DNA of 64,000 nt from a virus (lineage: Duplodnaviria > Caudoviricetes), in the IMG/VR virus record IMGVR_UViG_2889388703_000001, positions 1-64,000 of that record; one strand, written 5' to 3'. The position numbers and the translations under genes are program-made. The notes beneath the pieces were generated by a model, which saw nothing but the letters and a program-made list of their open reading frames with translations, was not told the DNA's origin and did not search any database. Shown here piece by piece: positions 26,967-36,942 of the stretch (position 1 is the first letter of the stretch; each line of letters begins with the position of its first letter).

Positions 26967-27449
26967 TTATGTAAATCCGCCACCTCCCTCGTCAGGGTCT
27001 GTTCCTCCCTGCTCGGTTCCTCCACCCGGTTCAGGTTCCTGTCCGGCTGTCTCCTCTTCATCGTAATCTTCCATCGTAGTGACAGACATTCCTTCAAGCA
27101 TCTGCTTGAAACGCTTGCCGGGATAGAAAAGGATTTTCTTTCGGGTGACGTTTTCGGCAGTCACATCGTCGGCAGTGGCTCCCGTCTTTGAGTTGAAGGT
27201 AGGCTTGAAAGAGCCGAAGTCGCCCAGCTTTACGGGCATGCCGTAGTTCATGAACACAATCATACGGTCGATAAGCGCTTCGAGCACCGCTTTTGTCTGC
27301 GAACGGTTCACACCGCACGAGTTGCTCACTTCATTAAGAAGGTCGTCGAAAGTGACGGGTTGCTGACGTACCGGCTTGATGCGGTAAACCTCCGGCTTGT
27401 CTTTCTTGAAGCCGAGGGTGATTTTCTGTTTTTCGTAAACGATTGCCAT
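26967..27449 (-). CDS. HU/IHF-like DNA-binding protein (Bacteroidetes type)
   Basis: VKLGDFGSFKP, ILFYPGKRFK, acidic Gly-rich tail. Confidence 0.85.
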   Translation of the reverse strand: MAIVYEKQKITLGFKKDKPEVYRIKPVRQQPVTFDDLLNEVSNSCGVNRSQTKAVLEALIDRMIVFMNYGMPVKLGDFGSFKPTFNSKTGATADDVTAENVTRKKILFYPGKRFKQMLEGMSVTTMEDYDEEETAGQEPEPGGGTEQGGTDPDEGGGGFT

Positions 27450-27496
27450 AGTTTAATGGTGTTTTTAAGGTTTGTACTACTTGTCTTTCGACAACT

Positions 27497-27533
27497 CTAA
27501 ATTACCTCCCAGACCGACCGTTTTTGAAGGACA
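27497..27533 (-). promoter_or_regulatory. Putative late promoter, copy 1
   Basis: TGTCCTTCA-N20-TAATTTAG. Confidence 0.55.
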
Positions 27534-27570
27534 AAAAACACTACTGAAACTGGCTTTTGAATCGTGCGCC

Positions 27571-27642
27571 AGCAACCTCTAAAGTGGTTTGCGGCAAACC
27601 TCTCGAGCGATATGCAGCAAACCTCTCAAGTGGTTTGCTGCA
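27571..27642. repeat. Three roughly 24-bp palindromic repeats (GCAAACCTCTCAAGTGGTTTGC-like)
   Basis: Directly visible upstream of the HU-like gene. Confidence 0.7.
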
Positions 27643-27658
27643 TTTGTTTTGAGTGGCC

Positions 27659-27973
27659 CTACAGGCTATTGTGGAGGGGGTGCGCAGAAACGTAGTTTCC
27701 CATCATCATAAGAAGGGTTTTCTGGCCGCTCGTGTCGGACGAAAGAAAGTCCACAATCTCCTTGAAAAGTGAGCGCGAGCACTCGCGTTTCACACTGACC
27801 AGATAACCGCTGCCGAGCAGGCTTTCCAGCTCACGGCGCACGGTGTGTTCGGGCATGAAGTCCTCGTATTCCACATAGGCCAGCACGCCATGGCGTGTGA
27901 CGGTAAACATAATGCTGTGTCTTATTTCCCCGAAATAGCCGTTTATTGCCTTTCTTGCTTCGCGCTTTTTCAT
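27659..27973 (-). CDS. Hypothetical protein, paralog of 30268..30561
   Basis: Start at MKKREARK; shared YxExEDxxxEHxV...LLG...SxKRxCSxxLFxEI. Confidence 0.65.
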   Translation of the reverse strand: MKKREARKAINGYFGEIRHSIMFTVTRHGVLAYVEYEDFMPEHTVRRELESLLGSGYLVSVKRECSRSLFKEIVDFLSSDTSGQKTLLMMMGNYVSAHPLHNSL

Positions 27974-28974
27974 AGGTAGCCTCCTTTCTGCATGATGATG
28001 CGTGAAAAGAACTCGTATCCCTCGCGTGTGATGTAAGGTGTGTAGTATTTCACTCCGGAACCGGTGGCGCTGGAGTGTGCGGCCAGTATCAGTCCGCGCT
28101 TTGTGCTTTCTTCGGAAGGAGCGTTGTAACATTCGGGTGTGGAAAGCAGCCATCCTTCACGGCGAAGGAAGTCGAAAAGGCGTGCCGTGCGTACCACTAT
28201 CCCGTTTTCACGGCTCATGGTGCGGGCCATCTGCCGCACAAGCATGGCATCGCGGAAGCGGGTGCGTATTTCACTGACGGTGTAGCATGGGATGTCTTTT
28301 TTTGCGTAGAACGGATGTGTGGTAGTTTCGGGATTCTTGTTTACAGGCGTGACGGAACCGTTGTCGCCTGAAAGATAATTCTGTATCATCTGTTCAAGCC
28401 TTGATATGCGCTGCTCAAACTGGCTTTGTGCAGTTCCTTCCGACAAGGTTTCTTCACGTTCAAGCCGGTATTTAAGGTAAGAAATACGGTCTTTCTTGTG
28501 CTGAAGCATGGAAATGGATTCGGAAAGCTCTTCTTCTATTTCTGTGAGGAGTCCGGAAAGATTGTCTACACTTCCATGAGCGTTTTCATTGCATGTGTAG
28601 TCGGTTTGCGTGGTTCCCGTGCTGACTGTTCCGTTCATCAGCAGTTCTTTAATACGGTCGTTGCACCAGATGGCAAATGCAGGACTTAGCCAGCGTGCAA
28701 ATTCAAGGGCTACATCTTCGTGCATCCAGGTGCCTTGTAGCTTTTTGTCGTTTCCTCCTTTTGTAACTCTCACTAAATCAGCCGAACTTAAATTTCTAAG
28801 TTCGGATAATTGGGCTAAAAACTCTTTTGTTGATTGATTGTTTAACCAAAATATTGGTTGTTTACCAAAAGGTTTTGCCATTTGAGTGGCGTTTACCATA
28901 AGAGTTCCTCCTATCTGAAATGTGATAGGCGTTCCATTGTACTGAAAAATTTGATTTGTTGCCATATTGAACAT
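27970..28974 (-). CDS. Phage antirepressor (KilA-N + KilAC/ANT domains)
   Basis: MVNATQMAKPFGK...GTWMHEDVALEFARWLSP (KilA-N); RLFDFLRREGWL...TPYITREGYEFF (KilAC). Confidence 0.85.
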   Translation of the reverse strand: MFNMATNQIFQYNGTPITFQIGGTLMVNATQMAKPFGKQPIFWLNNQSTKEFLAQLSELRNLSSADLVRVTKGGNDKKLQGTWMHEDVALEFARWLSPAFAIWCNDRIKELLMNGTVSTGTTQTDYTCNENAHGSVDNLSGLLTEIEEELSESISMLQHKKDRISYLKYRLEREETLSEGTAQSQFEQRISRLEQMIQNYLSGDNGSVTPVNKNPETTTHPFYAKKDIPCYTVSEIRTRFRDAMLVRQMARTMSRENGIVVRTARLFDFLRREGWLLSTPECYNAPSEESTKRGLILAAHSSATGSGVKYYTPYITREGYEFFSRIIMQKGGYL

Positions 28975-28998
28975 TTTTGGCGTTATAGAACAGAAAAA

Positions 28999-29179
28999 CG
29001 GCTGTTCATGGCCCGTCGTTCAACATACTTACAAAAGCAGTAGGGAGTGCATTAACAGTTCCCACGGGATTAAACAGCCGCTATATTTTAATGTATAGCT
29101 GTACAAGCAAACATAAAAAATGCCTGCTATTTGCAGACATCCGTCTGCTTTTGTATTTATGTTGAACATTGCAAATATA
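28999..29179 (-). promoter_or_regulatory. Structured antirepressor leader with long inverted repeats
   Basis: 21/23 inverted repeat 29018-29040/29145-29167; CGGCTG/CAGCCG and CCCGT/ACGGG-type stems; TATATTTG at 29172-29179. Confidence 0.55.
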
Positions 29180-29240
29180 CAACAAATATCACAAAAGCAA
29201 GCGGAAAGGGAGAAATAATAATTCCTCCCTTTTAATTTCT

Positions 29241-29286
29241 TGGCAAATGTAACAATTTTAATTTGATTATCGCATTAAAATCGTAC
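29241..29286 (-). promoter_or_regulatory. Promoter/operator repeat, copy 3
   Basis: TGGCAAATGTAACAATTTTAA-N9-CGCATTAAAATCGT. Confidence 0.7.
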
Positions 29287-29290
29287 TTTT

Positions 29291-30160
29291 TCATAATCTA
29301 TTGTTGTCATAAATATAGTGCATACGCTTCATGATGGTTTCATTCGGGCTTTCTACTTGCATTTCATCCATAAATTCTTCAGGAGTTCCACTGAATCCCT
29401 GACGGCGCATCCTTATATATATAGCCAGCATTTTATTCTCTATTTCTATAAGGTCGAGAAGCGGTTGGTTACTTACATCTATTTCTTTCCAGCTTGTCCC
29501 GTAAACCGACAAGTCGAGAGGTACGCTCATTTTAAATTTTTTGTTTGTAGGATTCTCTACGGTAGCCTTCTTCATCCTTTCTTCCCACTCCTGCGCCAAA
29601 CGGTCCTGATACATTAGTTCAAGCTGCGATAATCTGTCAAAATCCATGCTCAGTTCATCGGGAGAGAATATTCCTTCTTCGGTGCTGTCGGGTATCCCAC
29701 CCCAGCGGAGATAAAGATAATTTGCCTTGCATAATTCAAACGGTGTGTATTGGCAGAACAGCTTCATGAGATAAAGAGAAACAGATGTGCTGACGGTTAT
29801 TTCTATCTTTGCGCTGCCGGCCATGAAATCCATGTAAAACAAACTGACTTTAAAATCAGGCTCTTCCATAAGGCTTTTTATCATCGCTGTTTCTTCACGT
29901 GCTATGTATCCGCATTTTACTCCGTAGGCTGTATAGGCTGCAATGGCGTTTCCGTCAAACTGGTTTTCGGGTTCGGGAATCAGTCTGACAGATTCTCTTC
30001 TGAACACCGTATTTTCAAACTCTTCATATTGTTTTTCGTCCAGACAGTGTTTTATCCCGGTTATACGGCTCTGATAGTGTACGGTCTGAGGTACTGATGG
30101 TGAAGGCTCATACGTGAGTTGTGGAGATAAAGGCTCCACTGGTATTTTTCTTGTATCCAT
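29291..30160 (-). CDS. HIRAN domain protein
   Basis: LIPEPENQFDGNAIAAY...CGYIAREE. Confidence 0.75.
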   Translation of the reverse strand: MDTRKIPVEPLSPQLTYEPSPSVPQTVHYQSRITGIKHCLDEKQYEEFENTVFRRESVRLIPEPENQFDGNAIAAYTAYGVKCGYIAREETAMIKSLMEEPDFKVSLFYMDFMAGSAKIEITVSTSVSLYLMKLFCQYTPFELCKANYLYLRWGGIPDSTEEGIFSPDELSMDFDRLSQLELMYQDRLAQEWEERMKKATVENPTNKKFKMSVPLDLSVYGTSWKEIDVSNQPLLDLIEIENKMLAIYIRMRRQGFSGTPEEFMDEMQVESPNETIMKRMHYIYDNNRL

Positions 30161-30267
30161 AACTGTTAAGTTTAAAGTTTACGGCGAAAATAACTTTATT
30201 TTCCATTTTTGTCAAATAAATACAAAAAAATCCCCTTCGCAAAACCATGCGGAGGGGACGGGAAACG

Positions 30268-30561
30268 TCAGGCTTCGTATTCAGACATCACAGTGCAGAG
30301 CTCAAGCTGGCTCATGGATGGGCCGTAACGCTGCTGTATTTCCTGGAAAAGCCGCTCGGAACAGTTTCGCTTGATACTGAGAAGAACGCTGGTGCCCAAT
30401 AATCGTAGAAGGGCTTCCGTTACATGGTGTTCGCTCAGATAATCTTCGCATTCAATGTAAATTAATGTATTGCCATGAACGCTGAATGTGCGGATGCTGT
30501 GTGGCACGCTTTCAAAGTACAAGTCTATCACATGCTTGTACGTTTTAGTTTGAGGTTTCAT
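30268..30561 (-). CDS. Hypothetical protein, paralog of 27659..27973
   Basis: Shared motif; followed by a terminator at about 30224-30258. Confidence 0.65.
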   Translation of the reverse strand: MKPQTKTYKHVIDLYFESVPHSIRTFSVHGNTLIYIECEDYLSEHHVTEALLRLLGTSVLLSIKRNCSERLFQEIQQRYGPSMSQLELCTVMSEYEA

Positions 30562-30727
30562 TTTTATCCTCCTTTTTTGTTTTAAATAGTTGATTTATTT
30601 GTGTTCTTCCTTCGTGCGTATAAAGGCAGAGCGGCTGCATTTGCAAATTTATCAAATTTAAACAGATGTGCCCGACTTCGCAGCCGGGCACATCTGTCAA
30701 TGCTTAAAAGCATACATTCCTGAAAAC

Positions 30728-31159
30728 TCACTTCTTACCTTGTTCGAAAACATCGTAAACCACGGTGCCCGACTGGCAGAATCCTACCAGCCACGGTATG
30801 TATTCCACCCGGGGCTCGTCGTAAAACTCTTCATTCTCCAGGTCGAAGCGTATCTCACGGCGGAAGTTCACGCAGAAGTTGATGCGCTCTTCCGGCTGAA
30901 GCACGGGGAGGTCCATATATCCGCGATGATAGTTGATGAAAGCGCGGAGGGTGTCGAAGAATGCGGCATACTTCCGGTCGTCGTCCTTGTAGAGCAGATG
31001 CACGGAGAGGTCGAGGGCCACGTAACACTCTTTCACGTCTATCCCAATCAGTTTCTCACGTATCATTTTATCTATGGTGTCAAACCGTGACAGGTATATG
31101 GCTGCGGCATTTTTCTTCTTCCTGCTGAAAAGTGCCTTGATAAGTCTGCGCATTTTCAT
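30728..31159 (-). CDS. Hypothetical protein
   Basis: 143 aa ORF with upstream TATTTTTG. Confidence 0.6.
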   Translation of the reverse strand: MKMRRLIKALFSRKKKNAAAIYLSRFDTIDKMIREKLIGIDVKECYVALDLSVHLLYKDDDRKYAAFFDTLRAFINYHRGYMDLPVLQPEERINFCVNFRREIRFDLENEEFYDEPRVEYIPWLVGFCQSGTVVYDVFEQGKK

Positions 31160-31339
31160 GGCTGTAATATATTAAAATTGTTGCATTACACGCAAAAATA
31201 GCTAAAATTCGGTGGAAAATATAAAATCATTGACAATTATAAATTATTTTTCCTTATATTTGCATTGTGTTTTAAAACTCTCACTTCACCCCTGTCCGTC
31301 TTTCCCTGAAGCGGGCGGGGGTCATCGTTTCTATCAGGG

Positions 31340-31780
31340 CTATTCTTCTTCGCCCCATTCGTCTTCTTCATCGTCGCCATCGTCTGCCGGACGATCCATC
31401 ATGCGGCGGGCAATGAGGGCTTTCATGCTCACCAGTCCGGTGCGCACTTCGGCTTCCTTGTCGTGCGTTTCTTCAGCAGTGCAGATTTCCTCGTCCACCT
31501 GCCAGCGCACGCAGAACAGGGCGGGATGTCCGTCGTAGGCCGTCTGCATGGCGAATCCCCGGCGTTCCAGTTCCACCAGATACGGAGGAAGCGGGTCGGG
31601 CATCTTCGGGATGGGCCATGCCTGGAAGTATTCACGGATGCGGCGCACGGTAAACACTTCGTCGGCATACTCCTCACGCTCCACCGGTTTGTAGGTGTCG
31701 GTAAAGGCATCCACCAGCTGCATCAGCGCTTTTGGCGGCTGCAGGGCCGGGTCCTGATATTTCAGTTTCTTCTTGCTCAT
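31340..31780 (-). CDS. Hypothetical protein
   Basis: ORF downstream of the terminase. Confidence 0.65.
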   Translation of the reverse strand: MSKKKLKYQDPALQPPKALMQLVDAFTDTYKPVEREEYADEVFTVRRIREYFQAWPIPKMPDPLPPYLVELERRGFAMQTAYDGHPALFCVRWQVDEEICTAEETHDKEAEVRTGLVSMKALIARRMMDRPADDGDDEEDEWGEEE

Positions 31781-31807
31781 TCTTAATTCTTCATTCTTAA
31801 TTCTTCA

Positions 31808-33634
31808 TTAAGCCGACATCGGCATACCCACACCTATCATGCGGCCCGATCCGTAATAGCGCACACCGATAACCAGCGTGTCGAATGCGTCGCTCAGGTC
31901 GGTACGTGTACTCAATTCTGCCTCGATGTCGTCCACCTCCTTCGATACGCGGTTCTTCTCCTGACTCTTGTCTTTCTCAAAACCGTTGCGCCCTTCCTTC
32001 ACACGTGCATTCTCCATGGAGGCAATCAGATACTCGTTGTTCTCCTTATTGATGCGAAGGAACGGGCGCTGCGTGCCGGCAAAACATCCGTTCAGGAACT
32101 CATACTTCTTGTTGTGGCTCATTGGCCGTCCCATGGATATTTCGGTGACGTTCCATCCGTGACTGCGAAGCACTTTCTTCACGATGTTGTAGAAACGGGT
32201 TTCTTCGTGGCGCTCACTGGCATAGGCTGCTCCCTGCTTGGCGGTGTCGTCGTAGTAGAAAATCACGTCGCGGCAGGTCAGGCGGTGCGGCTCGTAATAC
32301 TTGCAGAACATTTTGCAAAGTCCCTCGATACGGGTGTTCTTTACGTTGGTCATGCTGTTGAGTATGCGCAGCACGCTGGTGTTGCTCCGGCTGTCGGTCT
32401 GCCCAATCACCAGACAGTTGATGTGTGCGTTGTAGTCGAAGGCGATGCGCAGCGGTTCTCCGGGCTTTATGTCGGTGTCCAGACAGCAGTCCTGTGCCTT
32501 GGAAAGCTCGTTCAAGTCAATGCTTTCCGACTCCACACGCAGGGTACGCCCGCCGTTGTATATCTGCGTAATGGTGCGTTTCTTATATTTCTGTGCGGCT
32601 TCGAGCTGCTCTTCGTCGTTACTGAGGTAACAGTGCACGTCGGGGTCGAAGTTGGCATAATATCCGTCGTTGATTTCTTCCTTCTCGACGTTACGGATGG
32701 AGATGTCGAACATGGTGGGGGTAAGTTCCTTCTGCATGGTGCGGATGAACTGTTCGCCCAGAATGTCGATGTTTTCTATGCTGGAAAAGGAGAAGTAGAT
32801 GCTGGCCTGGCAGCGCAGCTTGTTCAGCTCACGCTGGTATTTGGGGGACTGCACGATTTCCGGGCAGATCTGTGCCTCACGTATCATTTCCGCAATCTTC
32901 CGGTTTATTTCCGGTGTCTGCTCTTCACGGCGCTTCCGGAGCCATGCCTGACGCTTGGTGAGCGGGGCATCGCTTACAAAGAATATACTCTTGTAGTACG
33001 GATTCAGGCTTTCATCGAATCCGGGATGATTGGTGTTGATACCACGAAGCGTAGGAAGAATTTCGGCCTTAATCAGTCCCTCCGGCATAAAACGGCACTC
33101 GTCGCCGATAATGGAGCACGAGTCCATACCGTTGGCTGCAGCCTTCACTCCGGTAGAAATCATGTAGTACACGAATCCGTTCCAGAAATGGATGCAGTTT
33201 TCCCATACCTTCGGCTTTACGATGGGTTCCTTGAAATTGCATTTGGCCGGAGCATGTCCACGAAAGAAATGGACACCCTCCTTCAGTCCGGTCATTCGCT
33301 CCAGCGAGTAAAGTGTTTTAGGTACGGTCTTCGTGAAAAGCTGCTTGATACTGTTACCTAAGAAAAGTCCGGTTCCGCGCGGCATGGACTGGATGCAACC
33401 GGCCATTTCGGGCGTAATCAGTCCGTCGGTCTTACCTGTACCACGGCCTGCTTCTACGGTGGTATTCCGGCATCGGTAGTTGTACACCGCACGTTGGGCC
33501 GGATTCATGTAGATGTAGTTGGCCGCAGTTTCCTGCTCCTCCGCTTCCTGCACGCCCGACAATGCCGAGGCGTGACGCTGTGCCCGTCGGAGTGATTCCT
33601 CGCGGGCGGATTCATAGTCGTTTCGTCGTGTCAT
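31808..33634 (-). CDS. terL: Terminase large subunit
   Basis: Walker A AGRGTGKT, Walker B IIGDE, nuclease IAFDYN...DLSDAFD. Confidence 0.85.
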   Translation of the reverse strand: MTRRNDYESAREESLRRAQRHASALSGVQEAEEQETAANYIYMNPAQRAVYNYRCRNTTVEAGRGTGKTDGLITPEMAGCIQSMPRGTGLFLGNSIKQLFTKTVPKTLYSLERMTGLKEGVHFFRGHAPAKCNFKEPIVKPKVWENCIHFWNGFVYYMISTGVKAAANGMDSCSIIGDECRFMPEGLIKAEILPTLRGINTNHPGFDESLNPYYKSIFFVSDAPLTKRQAWLRKRREEQTPEINRKIAEMIREAQICPEIVQSPKYQRELNKLRCQASIYFSFSSIENIDILGEQFIRTMQKELTPTMFDISIRNVEKEEINDGYYANFDPDVHCYLSNDEEQLEAAQKYKKRTITQIYNGGRTLRVESESIDLNELSKAQDCCLDTDIKPGEPLRIAFDYNAHINCLVIGQTDSRSNTSVLRILNSMTNVKNTRIEGLCKMFCKYYEPHRLTCRDVIFYYDDTAKQGAAYASERHEETRFYNIVKKVLRSHGWNVTEISMGRPMSHNKKYEFLNGCFAGTQRPFLRINKENNEYLIASMENARVKEGRNGFEKDKSQEKNRVSKEVDDIEAELSTRTDLSDAFDTLVIGVRYYGSGRMIGVGMPMSA

Positions 33635-33637
33635 GGT

Positions 33638-34297
33638 TTATTCCTCCTCTTCCGGTTGTGTAAAACCGTCCCGGTTTACTTCATCGTACTCCTCGTCCGG
33701 AGCGTTTTGTCCCTCACTTACATATACACCGTCTTCGTCTTCCACCATCTCCTGCCACTGGTCGAGCTTCACACCGTATTTCTTTCTCAGGCGGCGCATT
33801 TCCTCGCTGTCGTGCCCGGTTTTGTTCGGGAATTTTTTCTTCACATCCGAGGTGATGACTACCGGCATGCGTATCAGTTCGTCGCCCAGTTCCTCCGGCG
33901 TTTCCGGCTGGTCCAGACGGTCAATCTTGGTGAGCAGGCTTGCTCCGTTGTACACCGCTTTCATGTCGCCCGTATCGGCTCCGTTGCGCATCATCAGGTC
34001 GGCGGCGTGGCGCACCTTCATTGAGGAAATGTTTCGCTGTCCCTTGGCGTAGAACGATGAAATGAAGTCTATCACCTTCAGGTCGCCTCCCAGCTGGCTG
34101 TACGTGCGTTTCCACCGGTTGACAATGTACTGCCGCAGGTTCATGAACGGGTCCTCCTCAAAGCGCTTGTACGCATCCAGGCAGACTTCCACCCGCTTTT
34201 TCTGCTCGTCGGTAAAGGCCATGTTCTGCCACGGCACACCCGTTTCAAAGTGCTTCCGCAGCAGGTCGTAGAATCGTTGTGCTATCTCACTTGCCAT
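33638..34297 (-). CDS. Putative terminase small subunit
   Basis: Helical protein immediately upstream of terL; assigned on position. Confidence 0.5.
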   Translation of the reverse strand: MASEIAQRFYDLLRKHFETGVPWQNMAFTDEQKKRVEVCLDAYKRFEEDPFMNLRQYIVNRWKRTYSQLGGDLKVIDFISSFYAKGQRNISSMKVRHAADLMMRNGADTGDMKAVYNGASLLTKIDRLDQPETPEELGDELIRMPVVITSDVKKKFPNKTGHDSEEMRRLRKKYGVKLDQWQEMVEDEDGVYVSEGQNAPDEEYDEVNRDGFTQPEEEE

Positions 34298-34447
34298 AGT
34301 TTGTGTTTCCGTGTTGTGCTCTTATCTTTCTACTATATTCCAATGAAAAACAGATACTTATCGTTTAATGTAAAAATAAGCACATCGAAACATGCTTATT
34401 TTTACATCATTCAATGAATATGTTCTTATGTTCTTCTGCCCGAAAAA

Positions 34448-35014
34448 TCATAAAACCTTTTTCGTATGCTCCTTCATCCGCAACATCTCCGCCACATTCT
34501 CATACTCTTCCGGCGAGGTGGTGAGCGTGAACATCTGCATGGCGTTGCTACGCTGGGTGTTCAGGCTTCCCTGGATAACCAGGCTGTGCGATTTACTCTT
34601 CACCGTGACGCAGCGGAAACCCACATTGTCCTCACACACCACCAGACGGCCAGATTGGATAAAATCACCCAGCTGGCTTCGGATCTCCTGACGCTGGTTG
34701 AAAGTAGCCCCGGCAGATGCAGGCTGCGAAATGAGTATCATTTTGCTGACATCAGCAATATGGTCCGACGGATTGGTGGGATCGGGCTTCACACGCGAAA
34801 GAATGCGCCGGATGGTCTGTATGAGCTTTACATCGAGCCGCACCATGACAATGCTTATTTCACCTCCGGAACAGTAGCCGGACAGGGTACCCAGCAGGTC
34901 GCACATGTCCCAGTCAGAAAAACTGAAGAAGTTGGCAGCCGTGTGCTTTTTGCTGCACTCGTCAATCATGTCTTCCAGCTGCTTGTGGTAGCAGCATGGT
35001 TCAATTATTCTCAT
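34448..35014 (-). CDS. Hypothetical protein (possible degenerate PLD-like fold)
   Basis: LVIQGSLN resembles the GSxN motif; no HKD. Confidence 0.55.
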   Translation of the reverse strand: MRIIEPCCYHKQLEDMIDECSKKHTAANFFSFSDWDMCDLLGTLSGYCSGGEISIVMVRLDVKLIQTIRRILSRVKPDPTNPSDHIADVSKMILISQPASAGATFNQRQEIRSQLGDFIQSGRLVVCEDNVGFRCVTVKSKSHSLVIQGSLNTQRSNAMQMFTLTTSPEEYENVAEMLRMKEHTKKVL

Positions 35015-36213
35015 AATGCACCTCCTTTCATCTGACCTTCGGTTACACTTTCAGTAGGATCTACTTTCTTGCGTGCGGTTTCTGTAGTTTTTTTCGGTTC
35101 TTCCGCCGTTTCTGTACGGTTTTCCGTTGTTTCGGCACGCTTTTCCTCTTTTTCTGTACGTTTTTCGGTATTTTCGGATCGTTTTTCTGCTTTTCCTTCC
35201 GATACCTTTGGCTCCTGATTTTCGGTGTAAGCAGGCTTTGTCTCTGCCTGTACGGATGCAACCGGAGCGTTTACACCGGGAATGGATATGCCTGCTGCAG
35301 TAGCTACTTCTGCCGTTTTCTTAGGCAGGTTTTCTCCCCATTCCATCAGCTCCTCGATACGAAGGCGAAGCTGTTCCTTGTACTCCTCGGTAATCTTCAC
35401 GTCGCTGCGGTTGATGTATTTCTTGTTTCCTTCCACGCGGGCCTTTCGGCATACTTCCTGCTGGCGTACATCCTTCATGACTTCTATCTCGGCACGGGTA
35501 AAGTCGCCAGGACGTTTCATGCTGTCGGCTGTGGAAGTTTCCTGCTCGGTGTAGGTACCGTTCAGTGCGGCATCCACATTGGTCCAGAACGCGCGGATTT
35601 TCTGCTCGGATGCGATGGCTTTCTTGGCCATGTCCGCGCGTGCTTCGTCGCTTACGTTGGGATTTTCGGCCATTACTTCCAGCGTGCCGCGATACTCTGC
35701 CAGTTCCAGGTACATGGCGGAAAGTTCTTTTTCTCCCTTGTCGCGGAGAGATTTCGGCAGCTTATCCTTATAGAGGGCAAATTCTTTCGGTCTGCGGCCG
35801 TCCACTTCCTGCTCTTCGTACTGGCGTGCGGTCATGTTTCCTTCTTCATCGGGCGCACCATCATCCGGAACAATCGCTTTGTAACGAACGGTTCCAACCG
35901 GACCGCGAGTGGCTTTCTTGGCCAGTCCGGATTTCTTCCGTACTTCCTGCAGGAACAGGTTCATCTTGTTGAGTGCACGGCGGGCTTCATAGCGCTGTAC
36001 GTCGCGAAGGAAATCCTTTGCCCGCACAATGGCCGACACCAGACGGCATCCTTCGTCGAAATCCTTCACAGGCACCTTCATCCAGCATTCGGCCAGCGCC
36101 AGCAGTTCCGGAAAAGTTTCGTCCGTCCATCGTTTCACACGGTCCAGATAGTCTTTCTTTTCTTCTTCATTCATGGTTCTGTAGTCTTTTAAGTATTCTT
36201 TTTCTGTAATCAT
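35011..36213 (-). CDS. Hypothetical charged protein
   Basis: 400 aa ORF downstream of a late-type promoter. Confidence 0.7.
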   Translation of the reverse strand: MITEKEYLKDYRTMNEEEKKDYLDRVKRWTDETFPELLALAECWMKVPVKDFDEGCRLVSAIVRAKDFLRDVQRYEARRALNKMNLFLQEVRKKSGLAKKATRGPVGTVRYKAIVPDDGAPDEEGNMTARQYEEQEVDGRRPKEFALYKDKLPKSLRDKGEKELSAMYLELAEYRGTLEVMAENPNVSDEARADMAKKAIASEQKIRAFWTNVDAALNGTYTEQETSTADSMKRPGDFTRAEIEVMKDVRQQEVCRKARVEGNKKYINRSDVKITEEYKEQLRLRIEELMEWGENLPKKTAEVATAAGISIPGVNAPVASVQAETKPAYTENQEPKVSEGKAEKRSENTEKRTEKEEKRAETTENRTETAEEPKKTTETARKKVDPTESVTEGQMKGGAL

Positions 36214-36240
36214 AACCTTTGTTTTTCAATTACTTTACCC

Positions 36241-36276
36241 CAAAAGTAGGGAAAACCAATATGTCGTTGAAGGACA
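36241..36276 (-). promoter_or_regulatory. Putative late promoter, copy 2
   Basis: TGTCCTTCA-N19-TACTTTTG. Confidence 0.6.
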
Positions 36277-36277
36277 T

Positions 36278-36314
36278 AAAAAAGTCCGGCACCGATTAGC
36301 AAGTGCCGGACTTT
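36278..36314 (-). terminator. Terminator after the capsid/tube operon
   Basis: AAAAAGTCCGGCAC...GTGCCGGACTTT. Confidence 0.75.
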
Positions 36315-36354
36315 CATCCACTTTTTCGTTTGTTAGAATATGCAAATCAAACGG

Positions 36355-36912
36355 TTATCCTCCATCTCCTGAACTTGCCTCTGATTTCAGCGTCAATGTA
36401 CCCGACCAGGTAGTCAGGGAGTAGCGGTTCGGGTTGCTGGTCACTGTTACCGCATGACCGCTGTCAGAATCCGGAGTGGTACCGCTATCGTAGTTGTTGT
36501 TCACTTCCGTACCAAAAGTAGGATCGTACACTACGTAATAACCTCCTGCAGGGTTTTCCGCAAAGAAAATAGCGTCACCACGGTTCTTCAGGATACGGAG
36601 CACATGGGCTGCGTTTTCCACGTCCTTGTCGATGGTAAACATCAGCTGTACGTTATAGCCCTTTGCACCTTCGTTACCAGTTGAAGAAATCTGACCGCTC
36701 TGTTTCTTGATACGGAACTTCCATGCTCCCTTACCAGGAGAAAAAGCAAAAGAAGCTTCAGTAAATGCAGCTTTAGATGCTTCATATACAGGCTTTGCCG
36801 TAAGGTCTTCCGGATAAGCGACATAAATCTGATTACCGATACCGGCAAACTGTTCATCGCAACCGGCAGCAGCCTGACCAATATCCATTAAGTCACATGA
36901 TAATTCTGCCAT
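36355..36912 (-). CDS. Putative major tail tube protein, paralog 2
   Basis: Beta-rich structural-type protein downstream of the capsid; nearly identical to 36943..37485. Confidence 0.6.
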   Translation of the reverse strand: MAELSCDLMDIGQAAAGCDEQFAGIGNQIYVAYPEDLTAKPVYEASKAAFTEASFAFSPGKGAWKFRIKKQSGQISSTGNEGAKGYNVQLMFTIDKDVENAAHVLRILKNRGDAIFFAENPAGGYYVVYDPTFGTEVNNNYDSGTTPDSDSGHAVTVTSNPNRYSLTTWSGTLTLKSEASSGDGG

Positions 36913-36942
36913 AATTGTCTTATTTTGAAGTTTGTATAATCG

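Noticed and set aside
31778-31810. 7-bp TTCTT(A/C)A tandem repeat
   Set aside because: Short low-complexity intergenic repeat with no evidence of function.
32114-33361. Long plus-strand ORFs (also 54568..55440, 55528..56496, 62649..63638, 7587..8210)
   Set aside because: Antisense shadows of well-supported minus-strand genes, with no recognisable motifs.
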